From: the human T2T-CHM13v2.0 reference genome, Homo sapiens
NCBI RefSeq assembly: GCF_009914755.1
Contig: NC_060943.1
DNA length: 64,000 nucleotides
Strand: one strand, 5' to 3'
Both the position numbers and the translations under genes were made by a program. Shown here one piece after another: positions 1 to 47,828 of this stretch (positions within the stretch are counted from its first letter, which is position 1; every line of letters starts with the position of its first letter). The notes beneath the pieces were generated by a model. That model saw nothing but the letters and a program-made list of their open reading frames with translations. It did no database searches and was not told the origin of the DNA.

Positions 1-1238
1 ATGCTGGCCAGGCTGGTTTCGAACTGCTGACCTCAGGTGATCCTCCCGCCTCGGCCTCTCAAAGTGCTGGCATCACGGGCATGAGCCTCCATGCCCGGCC
101 GGTAACTGTATTTTTCCTTCTGGGCACCCCAGAATGGTGGGGTTGGGGGCAGGTTCTGGGAAGAGTCTGCTTCCATTAGGGGGAAAGTGGAAAACGTCCC
201 TAGGGGAGGGTGGCCCGCGCAAGGGCATCGATCCTGCCCTTGAACCGCATGATCCGGCCCCAGCTGCTCTTTCCCCCTACCCTGGACGCCTCCTGTTTCC
301 TGTCTGGGCCTCCCCAGGCGCCCGGGCCCAAGGTGACCGCCTTTCAACTGCAACCGCTAAGCTGCGCCCACGGCGCACTGTGTCCGTCTCTCCCTCCTCC
401 CTCAATCCGGGAGTGCCCTTGGCAGCGGACACCTCCCGGATTTTTCCGGGAGGAGAGGGGAAGCCGCTTCTCGGCTTGGCGTGGGGGCAGTGGTGCGCGG
501 CTGGGAACCTCGCTGAGCCCAAGCATTGGTAGGGAGACCCCAGCGGCCAGTAAGGCGGCTCCTGGCGCCCCCTCGGGCCGGAGCTGTGCGCTGCAAGGCT
601 GGATCGGAGGGAGGGCCCAGGGGCCTGAGGAGTCGCTGCCTGCCGGCTGGCACGACCAAGCGGGACTGCCCGGGTCCCGAAAATACGGCTTCGGGGGACA
701 CCTCACCAAGCGGCTAGTGGTTCAGAACCCCAGTCCGACGCGCTGCTGGGCCCAGTCTCCGGGACGATGACGGGGACATGGCTCTGAAAAAGTGCCAGGG
801 TGCGCTCAGTAGAACCCAGCACCCAGAATGGCCCCCCAGAGAGCGGGGCCGGGTCTAGGGAAGCCCTCTTCCAAGAAGTCCCGTGCCCTGAGGTGACTGG
901 GCGCGCTAGTTGATGAAACTGAGTGCCCCACCGAGGCGCCCCTGTCCCGAGGGCGGGGCCAGGGCGGGGCGGGAGTCCTCCTGGCAGGTGCCGGGGGCGG
1001 TGCCCGGCCCTGCCCCCGGGGGCCGTTCCTGGAGGCCAGAGGCGGGTCAGAGAAGCCGCCGGTGCGGGCGACGCCTTGGAACCCACGGCCGCCACTGCCG
1101 CCACAGGTGCCTCACAGTGCCCTCTGTCCTCGCTCTGGGAATCAAAACCCCGGTTGGGAACTGAGGCTTCCGAACTGCTTCCAACCCTGGACACGAAGGC
1201 CCCCACCGGCCGGAGAACGAAACCCTGGGGTCGTCTGA

Positions 1239-3015
<1,777 letters not shown>

Positions 3016-3330
3016 GGTTTGAAAAGGCTGGGACCCCCGGCCGGAAGTAACGTACGCGTCAGAGGAACAGGGCGGGGGGCGTCTAGCATTAGGCCTGGAG
3101 AAGGGTCGGCTCTCTGCATTGGGGAAGATGAAATCGACTTGCCTTTGTGAAATTGACCAGCCCCCTCTATAAAACTTACAGTCCCCCATTGGGAAACTGA
3201 CCACCACCCACAACTCCGCCAGTGAAACTGCCCAGCCCTTCTCTGCCTAATTGCAAACTGAACTACCCTCTCCCTTGACTGTTAAGAGGGCCGGAGTTAC
3301 CGCCTCGATTGCCCCACTCCCCCCACCCCC

Positions 3331-3336
3331 AATAAA
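3331..3336 (+). terminator. MISP3 polyadenylation signal AATAAA
   Basis: AATAAA about 315 nt after the MISP3 stop, followed by a T/GT-rich tract (ctgtttttttctgggt). Confidence 0.8.
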
Positions 3337-3533
3337 GCCTCTTCTTTCAGGGCACTGCAGCCTGTTTTTTTCTGGGTCCTCTTCGTCTGGGGTGGGGCGG
3401 GAGCACGGCGGGCCGAGGGAGGCCCGAGAAAACCCCAAGAGGTGCGGGCCGGAATGCGGGAATGCGCCCTTACCGCCCTGCTCTGGGGCTGCCCGCCTCC
3501 CCCGGCACGGCCAGACACGGCCTGGCCCAGGTC

Positions 3534-3552
3534 CTACCGCCCCCTGGCGGCC
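3534..3552 (-). promoter_or_regulatory. CTCF-like motif
   Basis: Reverse complement GGCCGCCAGGGGGCGGTAG closely matches the CTCF core consensus. Confidence 0.6.
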
Positions 3553-3858
3553 CGGGCGCAAAATGTGGCGCGCTTACCGAGTTCACACCCTCTCGTTTCC
3601 AGGCTTCCTCGTCAACATTTATTGGTGCCAACGATGTGCCCTGCGCTGGGCACTGGCTAGACAGTGGTGATAAGAGGCTGTTCCTACCCTGGGAACGTAA
3701 ACAATAGCTACTAAAAAAAAGAGGTGGTGAGGGTTCAGGCTTCTCAACATTATTAGTTCCTAATGATCACCGTTCTTCTTGACCTCATGGGTCCTCACTA
3801 TGAGACGTGCTCATTCGTGGTGTTGGGTCAAGAGTTTCTGCTTTCCAAAAGCATCCGT

Positions 3859-9016
<5,158 letters not shown>

Positions 9017-9589
9017 TCAATATTGATTCATTTCACCTCTAACGTCCTTTTTTATCATCTGGAAATGGAGGCTAATACTATGTGCCAGGGACTGGAAGGT
9101 AGGTGCTTTGCTCAAAATCATAAATAAGGGCAGGGCTCTGGGTGTCTCCTCTATGAAAATGCTGCCGGGGGCGGGGGGAGGGGAGGGGAGGGGAGGAGAA
9201 CCAAAAGGGTCCCTCTTGGATTAAAGGGGTATAACCCGCAGCTGAGTGACACCTGGCTCAGGAGGACACCCTTCCTCCTTGCAACGGGCCACAAGTACCG
9301 GGTTGCGATCACAAGTACCCGGTTCAGGTCCAAGGTCCGCCACTTGCTCGCAGGAGCTTTGAGCAGGTGAGTTCATTTCTCTCAGCCAGGGTCTCCTCTC
9401 CAGTCCGAGATTAGAGAGAGGCTGAGAGATCCTAAGCTTGGATACCGTAGGGCTCTCCCACCTTGTCCGCACCCCGGATACCCCAAGAAAGACGACGACC
9501 TGTCCGGCCCCCAAGTCCCAAAAGCTGGAAGAGAAAAAAAAAGTCTAACTCGGGCCCTTAGGAAACTGATCGAGGGCACTTTCCTGGGG

Positions 9590-9890
9590 CGCGTCGGGAA
9601 AAGTAGTCTTCTACGCTAAAATAAATAACTTCCGGGTCAAAATATGGGAGTGGGCGTAGCCTTAAGTCTCTTCCTCCAGTGGACGTTGAATTTCCCCGGT
9701 ACCCTAAACTTGCAGTTTTCTGGGTTCCGGTGTTGACGGGCACCACTTCCCTTTTTGCTTCATGTGCGCCTATGCGCATGCGCCAAACTCTCGTCCGCCT
9801 ATTGGCGAATTCCAGGCTTCTTTCAAAAGACTACATTTCCCAGAAGGCCACGCGAGTGGGTGGGGCAATCCCCCGGGGGAGGGGCGCGGC
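9590..9890. promoter_or_regulatory. Promoter-like motif cluster: two ZNF143/SBS, ETS, NRF1, CCAAT, GC box
   Basis: Reverse GACTACTTTTCCCGACGC about 9591-9608; ACTTCCGG 9628-9635; TGCGCATGCGC 9773-9783; ATTGG 9801-9805; ACTACATTTCCCAGAAGGC 9830-9848; GGGGAGGGGCG about 9876-9886. Confidence 0.75.
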
Positions 9891-9929
9891 ATTCGCAGCG
9901 GACGCTGAGCCTGTGACCTCTTTCTTTCT

Positions 9930-9935
9930 TTTATT
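9930..9935 (-). terminator. C19orf67 polyadenylation signal AATAAA
   Basis: TTTATT on the + strand about 190 nt past the C19orf67 stop. Confidence 0.7.
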
Positions 9936-10125
9936 TAACACAAAACTGACGTGTCCGCATTCAGGGCCCCACGGCCAAGCCGGACTCGGTGCAGACAGGT
10001 CAGCTCGGCCTGGCCCTTTGGAAGGCGAGGCCGGGCTGCACTGCGAGAACGAGTGAGCCCCTCCCCTGCCCCCTATTCTGGAGTTTGGAACTGTCAAGTT
10101 CCAGCTCCTACCCTCTTCCCCAGGT

Positions 10126-15890
<5,765 letters not shown>

Positions 15891-16160
15891 TTGAGCACCT
15901 GCTGTGTGCCTAGCTCTGTTCTGGACACGGACACGGTGAGATTACAGAAGAAAAAAAAGCAAATATTCCCACCTTCCTGGAGCAATTATTGTTATACATG
16001 GCTGTGAGGCAGCTATAATTCATTGTTTCTGTTTTTCTCCCTCCCCAAACAATTCTGTCCTAACCTGAGGCTCTCTTAGGAGGCTCTTTAGTGCCCTCTC
16101 CCCACCCCATTCATAAAATGGACTCCGTGGCTTTTTTTTCCCTTTTTCTTTTTTTAAAAT

Positions 16161-16166
16161 TTTATT
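16161..16166 (-). terminator. SAMD1 polyadenylation signal AATAAA
   Basis: TTTATT on the + strand about 540 nt downstream of the SAMD1 stop. Confidence 0.7.
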
Positions 16167-16708
16167 TAAAAAACCTTCGGTGCAATATTAAAAAGCAATA
16201 CAGCCAGCTGGAGCGACAATCAACAGAAAGAAAAGAGGGAGGAGAGAAAAGGCCCGAGGAACCCCAACCCAGCTAGTCCCCTAGGGGCTGGAGGCCAGGG
16301 GCAGACTGAGAAGGGGGGCATGGGTGGTAGGGGAGGGAGGAAAGACCACCCACCAAAATAAACAGGCAGATCCAAACATTTATACAGGAAACATCTGGCT
16401 GAACGGAAGAGGATCTTGGGGAGATGAGAAGCCCCCCACATTTCATTTTTTTTTTCCTAAAATGTCCTGGACTGGGTGGGGAGGGTCAGCCACCTGGGGT
16501 TTAAGGAGCAATCCCCTCCCCACACCGACGTGCTGAGGAGCAGATGTGTGTGAGACAGACACAAGGGGCAAAGATAAGGACAAGAGGGTGCCCTCTCCTT
16601 GGAATCTGTTATGAGGGCTGAGGGTGTCCCCGTCCAGCTCCTGGACTCTGGGGGATCTTGGGTGAGATGGGGGCCGGAATGGGCTGGGGCAGGGGTGAGG
16701 CTGGGCGC

Positions 16709-19030
16709 TCAGCCTAAGAAGCCATCGGGGTCATCATCCTCAAAGTGGCCTTGCTGAAGCACCTTGATGTGGTGCTCGTAGATTTTCAGGGCTGGCCCGA
16801 GGCGGATGGACAGGCCGGTGAGCACATCTGTGCGCTGCATGAGCAGCAAAGATTTGCCATCAATTTCCTGGGTGGGACAGGAACAGAGAGAGCCGGGATC
16901 AGGGCACATCCCAGGGAGGCCCTCTGTGTCTGTCAGTGTGTAGTCCTGGGCTGGAAACTCACCTGCTCTTGGAAAGCTGTCGCCTGCTCCGGGAATCCAG
17001 CCTCAGTAAAATATTCGACGACATCCATCACGGTCCACTCGACGGGATCAGATGGCTTCTCTTTGCGCCCGGGACTGCATCAAAACAAACAGACACCAGT
17101 GAACACGGATGTCTCTCTGGCTGTACCACACACCTGAGCAGCACCCCCATGTCTCCAATACCCCAACTTACGGACAGCCAAAGGGGGTCCCGTCGGCCCC
17201 AGGTAGGGCTGGTTTGCCTGGGGGCAAAGGCACGGGGGACGGGGAGTCTGGCCCGGTGGCAACAGAAGCTGGGAAGGAAAAAAACACCTGTCTTTGGCTT
17301 TGTCTTCGGGCTGAGTTCCTCTCCACCTAGCACTCTTCCCCACCCAGAGGGATCCTTACCTGTTCCCCCTTCCTTGTTCATGGCTGCCATGGAGAACACC
17401 TGGCGGGTGCCGCTGCCCGGGGCTGGCCCCCGCCCTTCATCCTGGCCCTGGTGCGGTCCGCAGGGGGTCCACTCCTTGACCCTCTCCTTGGCACTCTGAG
17501 GTCCCCGCTCGCCGTTAAGCTGGTGGTGCTGGGCACCTGCAGGACGGTCACTCTCGGGCACTTCAGAGCCCTCTGACACATCATCTTCTTCATCTTCATC
17601 TTCATCATCATCTTCTTCCTCTTCTTTCTCAAGTACTCGCTCTTCTCCACCTCTCTGGAGCCGAGGAGAGAAGCATGCAAAATTAGTAGCTGTTCTAATC
17701 CCAGACCCTGACTGTGGCGTCCGGGCGGTGGGGAGGAGGAACCGATTCCACCTTTAAGAACAATACGGACTAACTTTTACGCATTCACTCCGTGCCAGGC
17801 TCTGTGTTAACTAAAGCCCTCGACAACCAAATCTTACTAAACTCGCTCAACAACCCCAAGGGGTCGCTACTGTTATTAAACCGCGTTTACAGCGGAGGAA
17901 ACTGAGGCTCCGGGAGATTCAATCACTTGCCAAGGTCACCACGCACCGAGCCCGCAGGAAACGCGCGCAAAGCCCCAGCCACCCGCCACCCAGTTCCTCC
18001 CGGGACTCGCGCCCCCGCCACCAACTTCGCCCGCACCTGCCCACCGCGCGGCGCCCCCGCTCCCCGGCGCGCTCACCTTGCTGCGAGACGGGCGGGCGCT
18101 GGCGGCCGGCGGCGCCCGTCCGGGCCTGTCCCCGCGGGGCAGCGCAAGCGCTCCGAGACGGGTGCGCTCCAGACGGCCTCGAGCCGCCGCCTCCTCCTCC
18201 AGCAGCCCCTGCACGCGGCCGCGGGTTAGGCGACCGCCGGCGCCGCCGCTGCCCCCGAGGTAGCGCACGACTTCCCGCAGGCTCACGGGCCGCGCCGCGC
18301 CGCCGGCCCGCACCGCGCCCCCCTCCGGCGGCGGCTGTGGCTGCGGCGGCGGCGGCTGCTGCTGCTGTGGCGGCGCCGGCGGCTGTGGCGGCGGCGGCAG
18401 CGGCGGCTCCCGGGCGGCGACGGCGGGCGGGGGGGCGCGGCGCGGGCCGGCCGGGGGCGCCACCGCCGGGGGAGCGGCTGGCGCGGGCGGCGGCGCGGCC
18501 AGGGGCGCGGCCCGCTGCGCGCGGGGGCCCGGCTGCGCGGGGCCAGGCGAGGGGGGCGCTGTGGCGGCGGCGGCGGCCGCGCGGGGCGCCCGGGCCGGGG
18601 CGGCGGCGGCGACGGGCGCGGGCGGTGGCGGCGGGGCGGGCGTGGGCGGCGGCGCGGCGGCGGCGGCGGCGGCGGGGGCCCCGCGGGGGGCGCGCGGCGG
18701 GGCCGGCGGGGTGGCTCCGCGCCGGGGCGGCTGGACGCGCGCCGCGTTGCGGTACGAGATGCTCCCCTTGTAGCTGACCCGGAGCACGGCGCGCTGCTGG
18801 ATCAGTTTCTCGAGCTCGGCGCGCGTGCGCTCCGGCTCCGGGCCGTGCCGCCGCCGCACCATCCGGCAGATGCGCTCCAGGTCCGGCCGCGCCTTGCGCG
18901 AGCGCAGCGAGTCGATGGTGTCCAGGATCCACTCTTGGTAGTGCGGGGAAGCGGCGGACGACGAGGCGGCGGCCGCCGTGGTGGCGGCCGCCGCCGTCTC
19001 CGGCGGGGGTAGGGCCGGGGGCCCCGCCAT
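16709..19030 (-). CDS. SAMD1: SAM domain-containing protein 1 (atherin), 538 aa; exons 19030-18077, 17654-17360, 17268-17172, 17074-16963, 16867-16709
   Basis: Starts [16 protein letters not shown]-terminal winged-helix ([25 protein letters not shown]...[11 protein letters not shown]), Pro/Ala-rich linker, acidic tract, C-terminal SAM domain ([10 protein letters not shown]...[10 protein letters not shown]...LGPALKI). 954+295+97+112+159=1617 nt. Confidence 0.97.
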
Positions 19031-19187
19031 GCCTCCCGCCCGGCCCGGCTGCACCGTGCGCGCTGCCTCCCTCCCAGCGCGGCGCCCCCCTCCCCGGCTC
19101 CCCTCCCTCCGCCGCTGCCCGCCTCCTCCGCCTCCCCCCCCGGGGGGCGCAGCGCCTCGGCGGAGCGGCGGCGGCGCTGCTGTTTCT

Positions 19188-19221
<34 letters not shown>

Positions 19222-20300
19222 GGGAGAGAGAGAGAGAGGAAAAAACAGTGAGAGAGAAAGAAAAGAGAGAAAAAAATATGCACACACTCACTCACTCGCA
19301 CGCACGCACACACAGACCCGCTTCTGCTGGGCGCGCGCGGGGCCGGGGATGCGAGGGGGAGGAGGGGAGCGCGGCGCGGCCGGCCCCTCCCCGCCGCCGC
19401 CGCCGCCGCACGCGCGCCCTGCGCCCGGGACACTCCGGCCCCCCTTCCTTCCCTCCCTCCCTCCTCCCCGCCGCCCGCCTTCCTCCCTCCCACCCCCACG
19501 CGCCCGCTTTTAAGGTGGAGCCCGGGCCCCCCGCCCGCCCCCTTTACCCTGCGCTCTCGCTCACTCCGGCTCGCTCCGGCCCCCCCTTACAACTCCCGCG
19601 CGCTTTTTAAGGAGGCGCCGCGGAGTTGGCGCCGGGGCGGGGGCGGGGGAAAGCGGCGGGCGGGGGAGGGGGAGGGGAGTGCCGGGGGGAGGGGAGAGGG
19701 GGCGGGCAGGGCGGGCGGGCGGCGCTCGGCCGCCCTCCAGCCATTGGGCGCGGGACCCAGACGTCCCCGGCGCCCAGCCCCCCTCTCCACGCCTCTCCAG
19801 CGCGCTCCGCTCTCGGGACCGCACTTACCGGGAACTCGCCGCCCGCGGGCCGGGGCTGCCGCGCTCGCAGGGTGCTGCGGGGACCCTCCTGCTGCCGCCG
19901 CCCCCGCGTCCCTCAGGCGCGCCTGGCCCGGCGCTGAGGATGCGGGAAGGGGGGCGCGCACCCTCTCCCCCTTCTACTCCCCCTGCCAGGGCCGCCCCCG
20001 CCGCCGCTCGGCCTCCTGGCGCGCCAGCCCCAGCGCCTCCCTAGAGCGCCCTCTCGGTCCCGGGCTGGACGCCGAGGGGGCGCGCCGCAGATTTGGGGAC
20101 CCCGAATCTGGGGTCAAAGGGCAGTTTGACGCTCGTTTCTCCTGCGGGGCCGAAGGAGTGCCGGAATTTCAGCTAAACCCTGGTTACAAGGACTTCAAGC
20201 CAGGACCTGATCGGCCTGCACGCTGGGGTCCGAAATTCCCTTTCCAACCCCCTGGGGGTGTGTGGGTGGGTGATCGAAGTCGAGAACACCAGCGACACTT
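17900..20300. promoter_or_regulatory. SAMD1 CpG island / promoter
   Basis: Extreme GC/CpG density, GC boxes, ATTGG at about 19743-19747. Confidence 0.85.
19192..19315. repeat. Compound (A)n/(AG)n/(CA)n simple repeat upstream of the SAMD1 ATG
   Basis: A run of about 20 nt, then a GA-rich purine tract, then CACA/CGCA repeats. Confidence 0.85.
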
Positions 20301-20316
20301 TTTTTTTAAACAAAAC

Positions 20317-20322
20317 TTTATT
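20317..20322 (-). terminator. PRKACA polyadenylation signal AATAAA
   Basis: TTTATT on the + strand, about 1.4 kb after the PRKACA stop. Confidence 0.8.
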
Positions 20323-21722
20323 GGTAATAGTTTTCAAATATGTTTACAACAGCACACTGTTCAAGAGGAAGTCTCGTCCTTCGCAGCACACAGGTTGAAT
20401 CGCCCCCGCACCCACCCGGGGCCCCACCCCAGGCCTGAGAACTCCTCCTGGGATGGGGAGAAGTTATGAGAGGGGGAAATACGGGGATGAATGGGGTGGC
20501 TCCCCAGCGGCTCCCCACTTTTCTATTACGAGAGAAAAAAGCACAAATGAGAAAGTGGGGGAGAGGTGATGGACAGCTGACAGCTAAGCTGGAGGAGGGG
20601 CGCCCAGGATGGGGGAGGCGGAAGCTGGTGGGTGAGTAAAACAGGCAGCCCCTCCCCAGCAGCTCTAGCCTTGAACCCCGGGCCGTGGCTTGGGGGGACT
20701 TGGCCTCTTCTGTTCCCTTTTGCAGGGATGCCCTCCCCACTCAGCTGAGGGAAGGCTGGACGTTAAAATCTAGCGGAGAATAAAATTAAGGAGTTGGGGG
20801 GAAACGCTGCTGGGAGGAAAGACTTGGGCTTGGGGCTCCCCCTCTGTCTTTTTGGGGGATGACTCCTCTTTGGCAGGGAGAGGGGCAGCTGCTTTGTCTG
20901 GCTTTCAAAGCCCAAGGGTGAAGACAGGTCTGTTGGGGAAAAAGAGAGCGGAGGCTTCCTAAAGGGGCCTAGACCCTCGCAGGATTGGCAGAGAGGATTC
21001 CCCGGGGAGGGGCCCAGGGGAGATTAGCAGCGGGGAGGTTCAAACCCCAGCGCCTCCCTTTCCAAAGTCAGTCTGCTTCTCTTTAAAATGGATTTGAGGA
21101 ATGGGGGGACATGGGAGGGGTGGGAGTAGAGGAAGGAGGGAGGGAGGCACTGGTGGAACTTAAATAAGATTTTAAATTGTTGTTTTTTTAAAAAAATTCT
21201 AGCAAGCAACCCACTGAACATGTCACTAAAAATCTCTCCTTCCCAGGCAGGATTACTCCGAAAGGAAGGTTGGCGCTTCGTTCATTTGCCCTTAGCAAGT
21301 GGGGCCTGTGGTTGGGTGGGATGGGGGTGTGGGTGGGGGCTGGAGTTAAGCGTGAGCCCCTCTTTCCATACCCTGTCCCTGGATACACCAGCAAGACCTG
21401 GTCTGACTGGAGTTGAGAAACTCGTTTAAAACAGGCAGAAGTGGGCTGGGAGGGCTGAGGGGCTGGGGGGCTGTGGGGAAAGAGGAAGGGAAAAGTGGGA
21501 GAGGGGGCAGGAGGGTGAAGGGGATGAGGGGGAGCAGCTGGTGTTTCTGTCCCTCTGATTATCTGGGCTTCCTGCTCCCCCTAACCCTGGAGGGTGGGGT
21601 GGGGGTGAAATTAGATGCAAGGAACTCTGGGGCCCTCTGGCTGTTCAATCCAACCCTCCCACCCCCCCGACCAAAAAAAAGAAAAAAGAAAAAAGAAAAC
21701 CCATGGGGGCACAGGCATGCCC

Positions 21723-46159
<24,437 letters not shown>

Positions 46160-47349
46160 CGCGGCGGCGGCGGCCGGGGCCGGTCCCGGAGCTGCGGCGC
46201 GGCGGGTGCTGGCTGCGGCCGGCGGCCCCGGAGCGCGCTGGGCGGCGGCGGCGGCGGCCCTCGGGCTGGCTGCGCTAGCTGCGGCGCCGCGACCCCCGCC
46301 CAGCCCCTGCTTCCCGCGTCTCTCCGCGCCCGCCCGCCCGGGAACCTCAGCCCAAGATCTCTGCCGCTGTCTGTGACGCCCCCGCAGCCCGCCGCTCATT
46401 GGCCTAGGCCGCCCTGACTGACGGCTCAGCGCCGCCTCCCATTGGCCCTCCCGCGACCTTCCCGCGCCACTATAGGCTCTCAGCCTCGGGACACGCACCG
46501 CGGACTCTCGGCCATTCACTCGCTCGCGAGGCCGCAGCTGGGCGGGCAGACGCGTCCGATTGGCCGAGACGCTGGACTGGGCCCGGGGTCCGCCCTGCGA
46601 GGCCGCCGATTGGCGGAGGTGCCGGGTCCGCCAAGCCCCCCAGCAGAACGCTCAGTGTCAATCCGGGGGTGAGAGGGCGGGGCGGAGACGCAGTCTGCGG
46701 GCCCGGGCCGGCGGGGCGGGGCGGCGGAGGCTGGCTGGCGGCCGCGCAGCGCTCCGAGGCTCAGGAGGCGGCCCCGGCGGGCGCCCGGCCGGCCCCGCGC
46801 GCGCCGCAGTCCCCCGCCCCCGCTCAGTGCGGCAGCGGCTGTCGGCCAGCCGGAGTTGGCGCCGCGGCCTGCCCGGCGCAGCCGCTGTCCACCTGCCAGC
46901 GGGGGAGGGGCGCGGCCGGCGCGCGGGTCAGAGGTCGCCCGGCCGCCGCCGGCGTCATTCATAAGGCCTGGCGCTGGGCGGCCGAGGCCAGGCCTGCTTG
47001 GGGGCCAGGCCGCGGGGCCTCCTGGGTTTTCCCAGCCGCACTCAGGAGGATGCCGGGCCCGGCGCAAGGGGTGGCTGGGAAGGGGCGCTCAGTGTCCACC
47101 CCTTTGCTGGGCCCTAGCCCTGGGCTCCTGCCAGTAGTAAGAGCTGGCACCCACTTAACGCTCCTTCGCACCACACTCCCATCGCGTAGGTGCTACCATC
47201 ATCACTCCCATTGCACAGATGAGGAATCTGGGGTACAGCCAGGCAGATTCCCTGCTCCTGTTCCCCGTCTGTATTTCCTGTCTGGGCAATGCGAAGGGAA
47301 CCTGCCCCTTCCTTCAGGATCCTCTTTCAGTACACACTTAGCAGAGGAC

Positions 47350-47572
47350 AGTCGGGGTTTCCCAACTGCGACACTACTGACGGTGAGGCTGGATCATTTT
47401 CTGCTGGGGGGTGTCTTGTGCACCACTGGGTGTTGAGCAACATCCCCCGCCTCTACCCACTGGATGCCAGTAGCCCCTCCTCTATCTTCCTGCTGGCTGT
47501 GGCAACCGCTGTCTCCTGACATTGGTGAATGTGCTCTTGCGGGGCCGAACTGCTCCTGATTGAGAAGCACTT
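47350..47572. mobile_element. MER20-like hAT DNA transposon
   Basis: ...gagcaacatcccccgcctctacccactggatgccagtagc...gattgagaagcact resembles the MER20 consensus. Confidence 0.7.
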
Positions 47573-47819
47573 AAGAGAGGGTCAGGGGAGGGGAGAAGCC
47601 AGGTCACCCCGACTCGGAAGGGCTAGCTGGGCTTAACTACAAGCCGATCTGCTGCTTCGACTTGAATAGCCTCCACCTTCTCCAGCTGCTGTCTGCCCCC
47701 ATGTTCCCAGATCAACCACAGTTCCAGGGAGGGAGAGTCAGAGCCTTTCTGTGAACTATGGGGAAATGGCTGACCACTCCGCCTCTGGATGGATAGATAC
47801 ATGGTAAGGTTTAGTAAAA

Positions 47820-47828
47820 TTTAATAAA
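47820..47828. terminator. Overlapping poly(A) signals: ATTAAA (-; likely distal ASF1B) and AATAAA (+)
   Basis: TTTAATAAA: TTTAAT 47820-47825, AATAAA 47823-47828. More proximal minus-strand ATTAAA at 48140-48145 and 48162-48167. Confidence 0.6.

Noticed and set aside
17919-19499. 526-aa alternative-frame ORF overlapping SAMD1 exon 1
   Set aside because: GTG start; stop depletion is expected at this GC content; it runs through simple repeats and into the intron.
46669-47436. 255-aa ORF divergent from PRKACA
   Set aside because: GTG start in a CpG island; runs into MIR- and MER20-like sequence.
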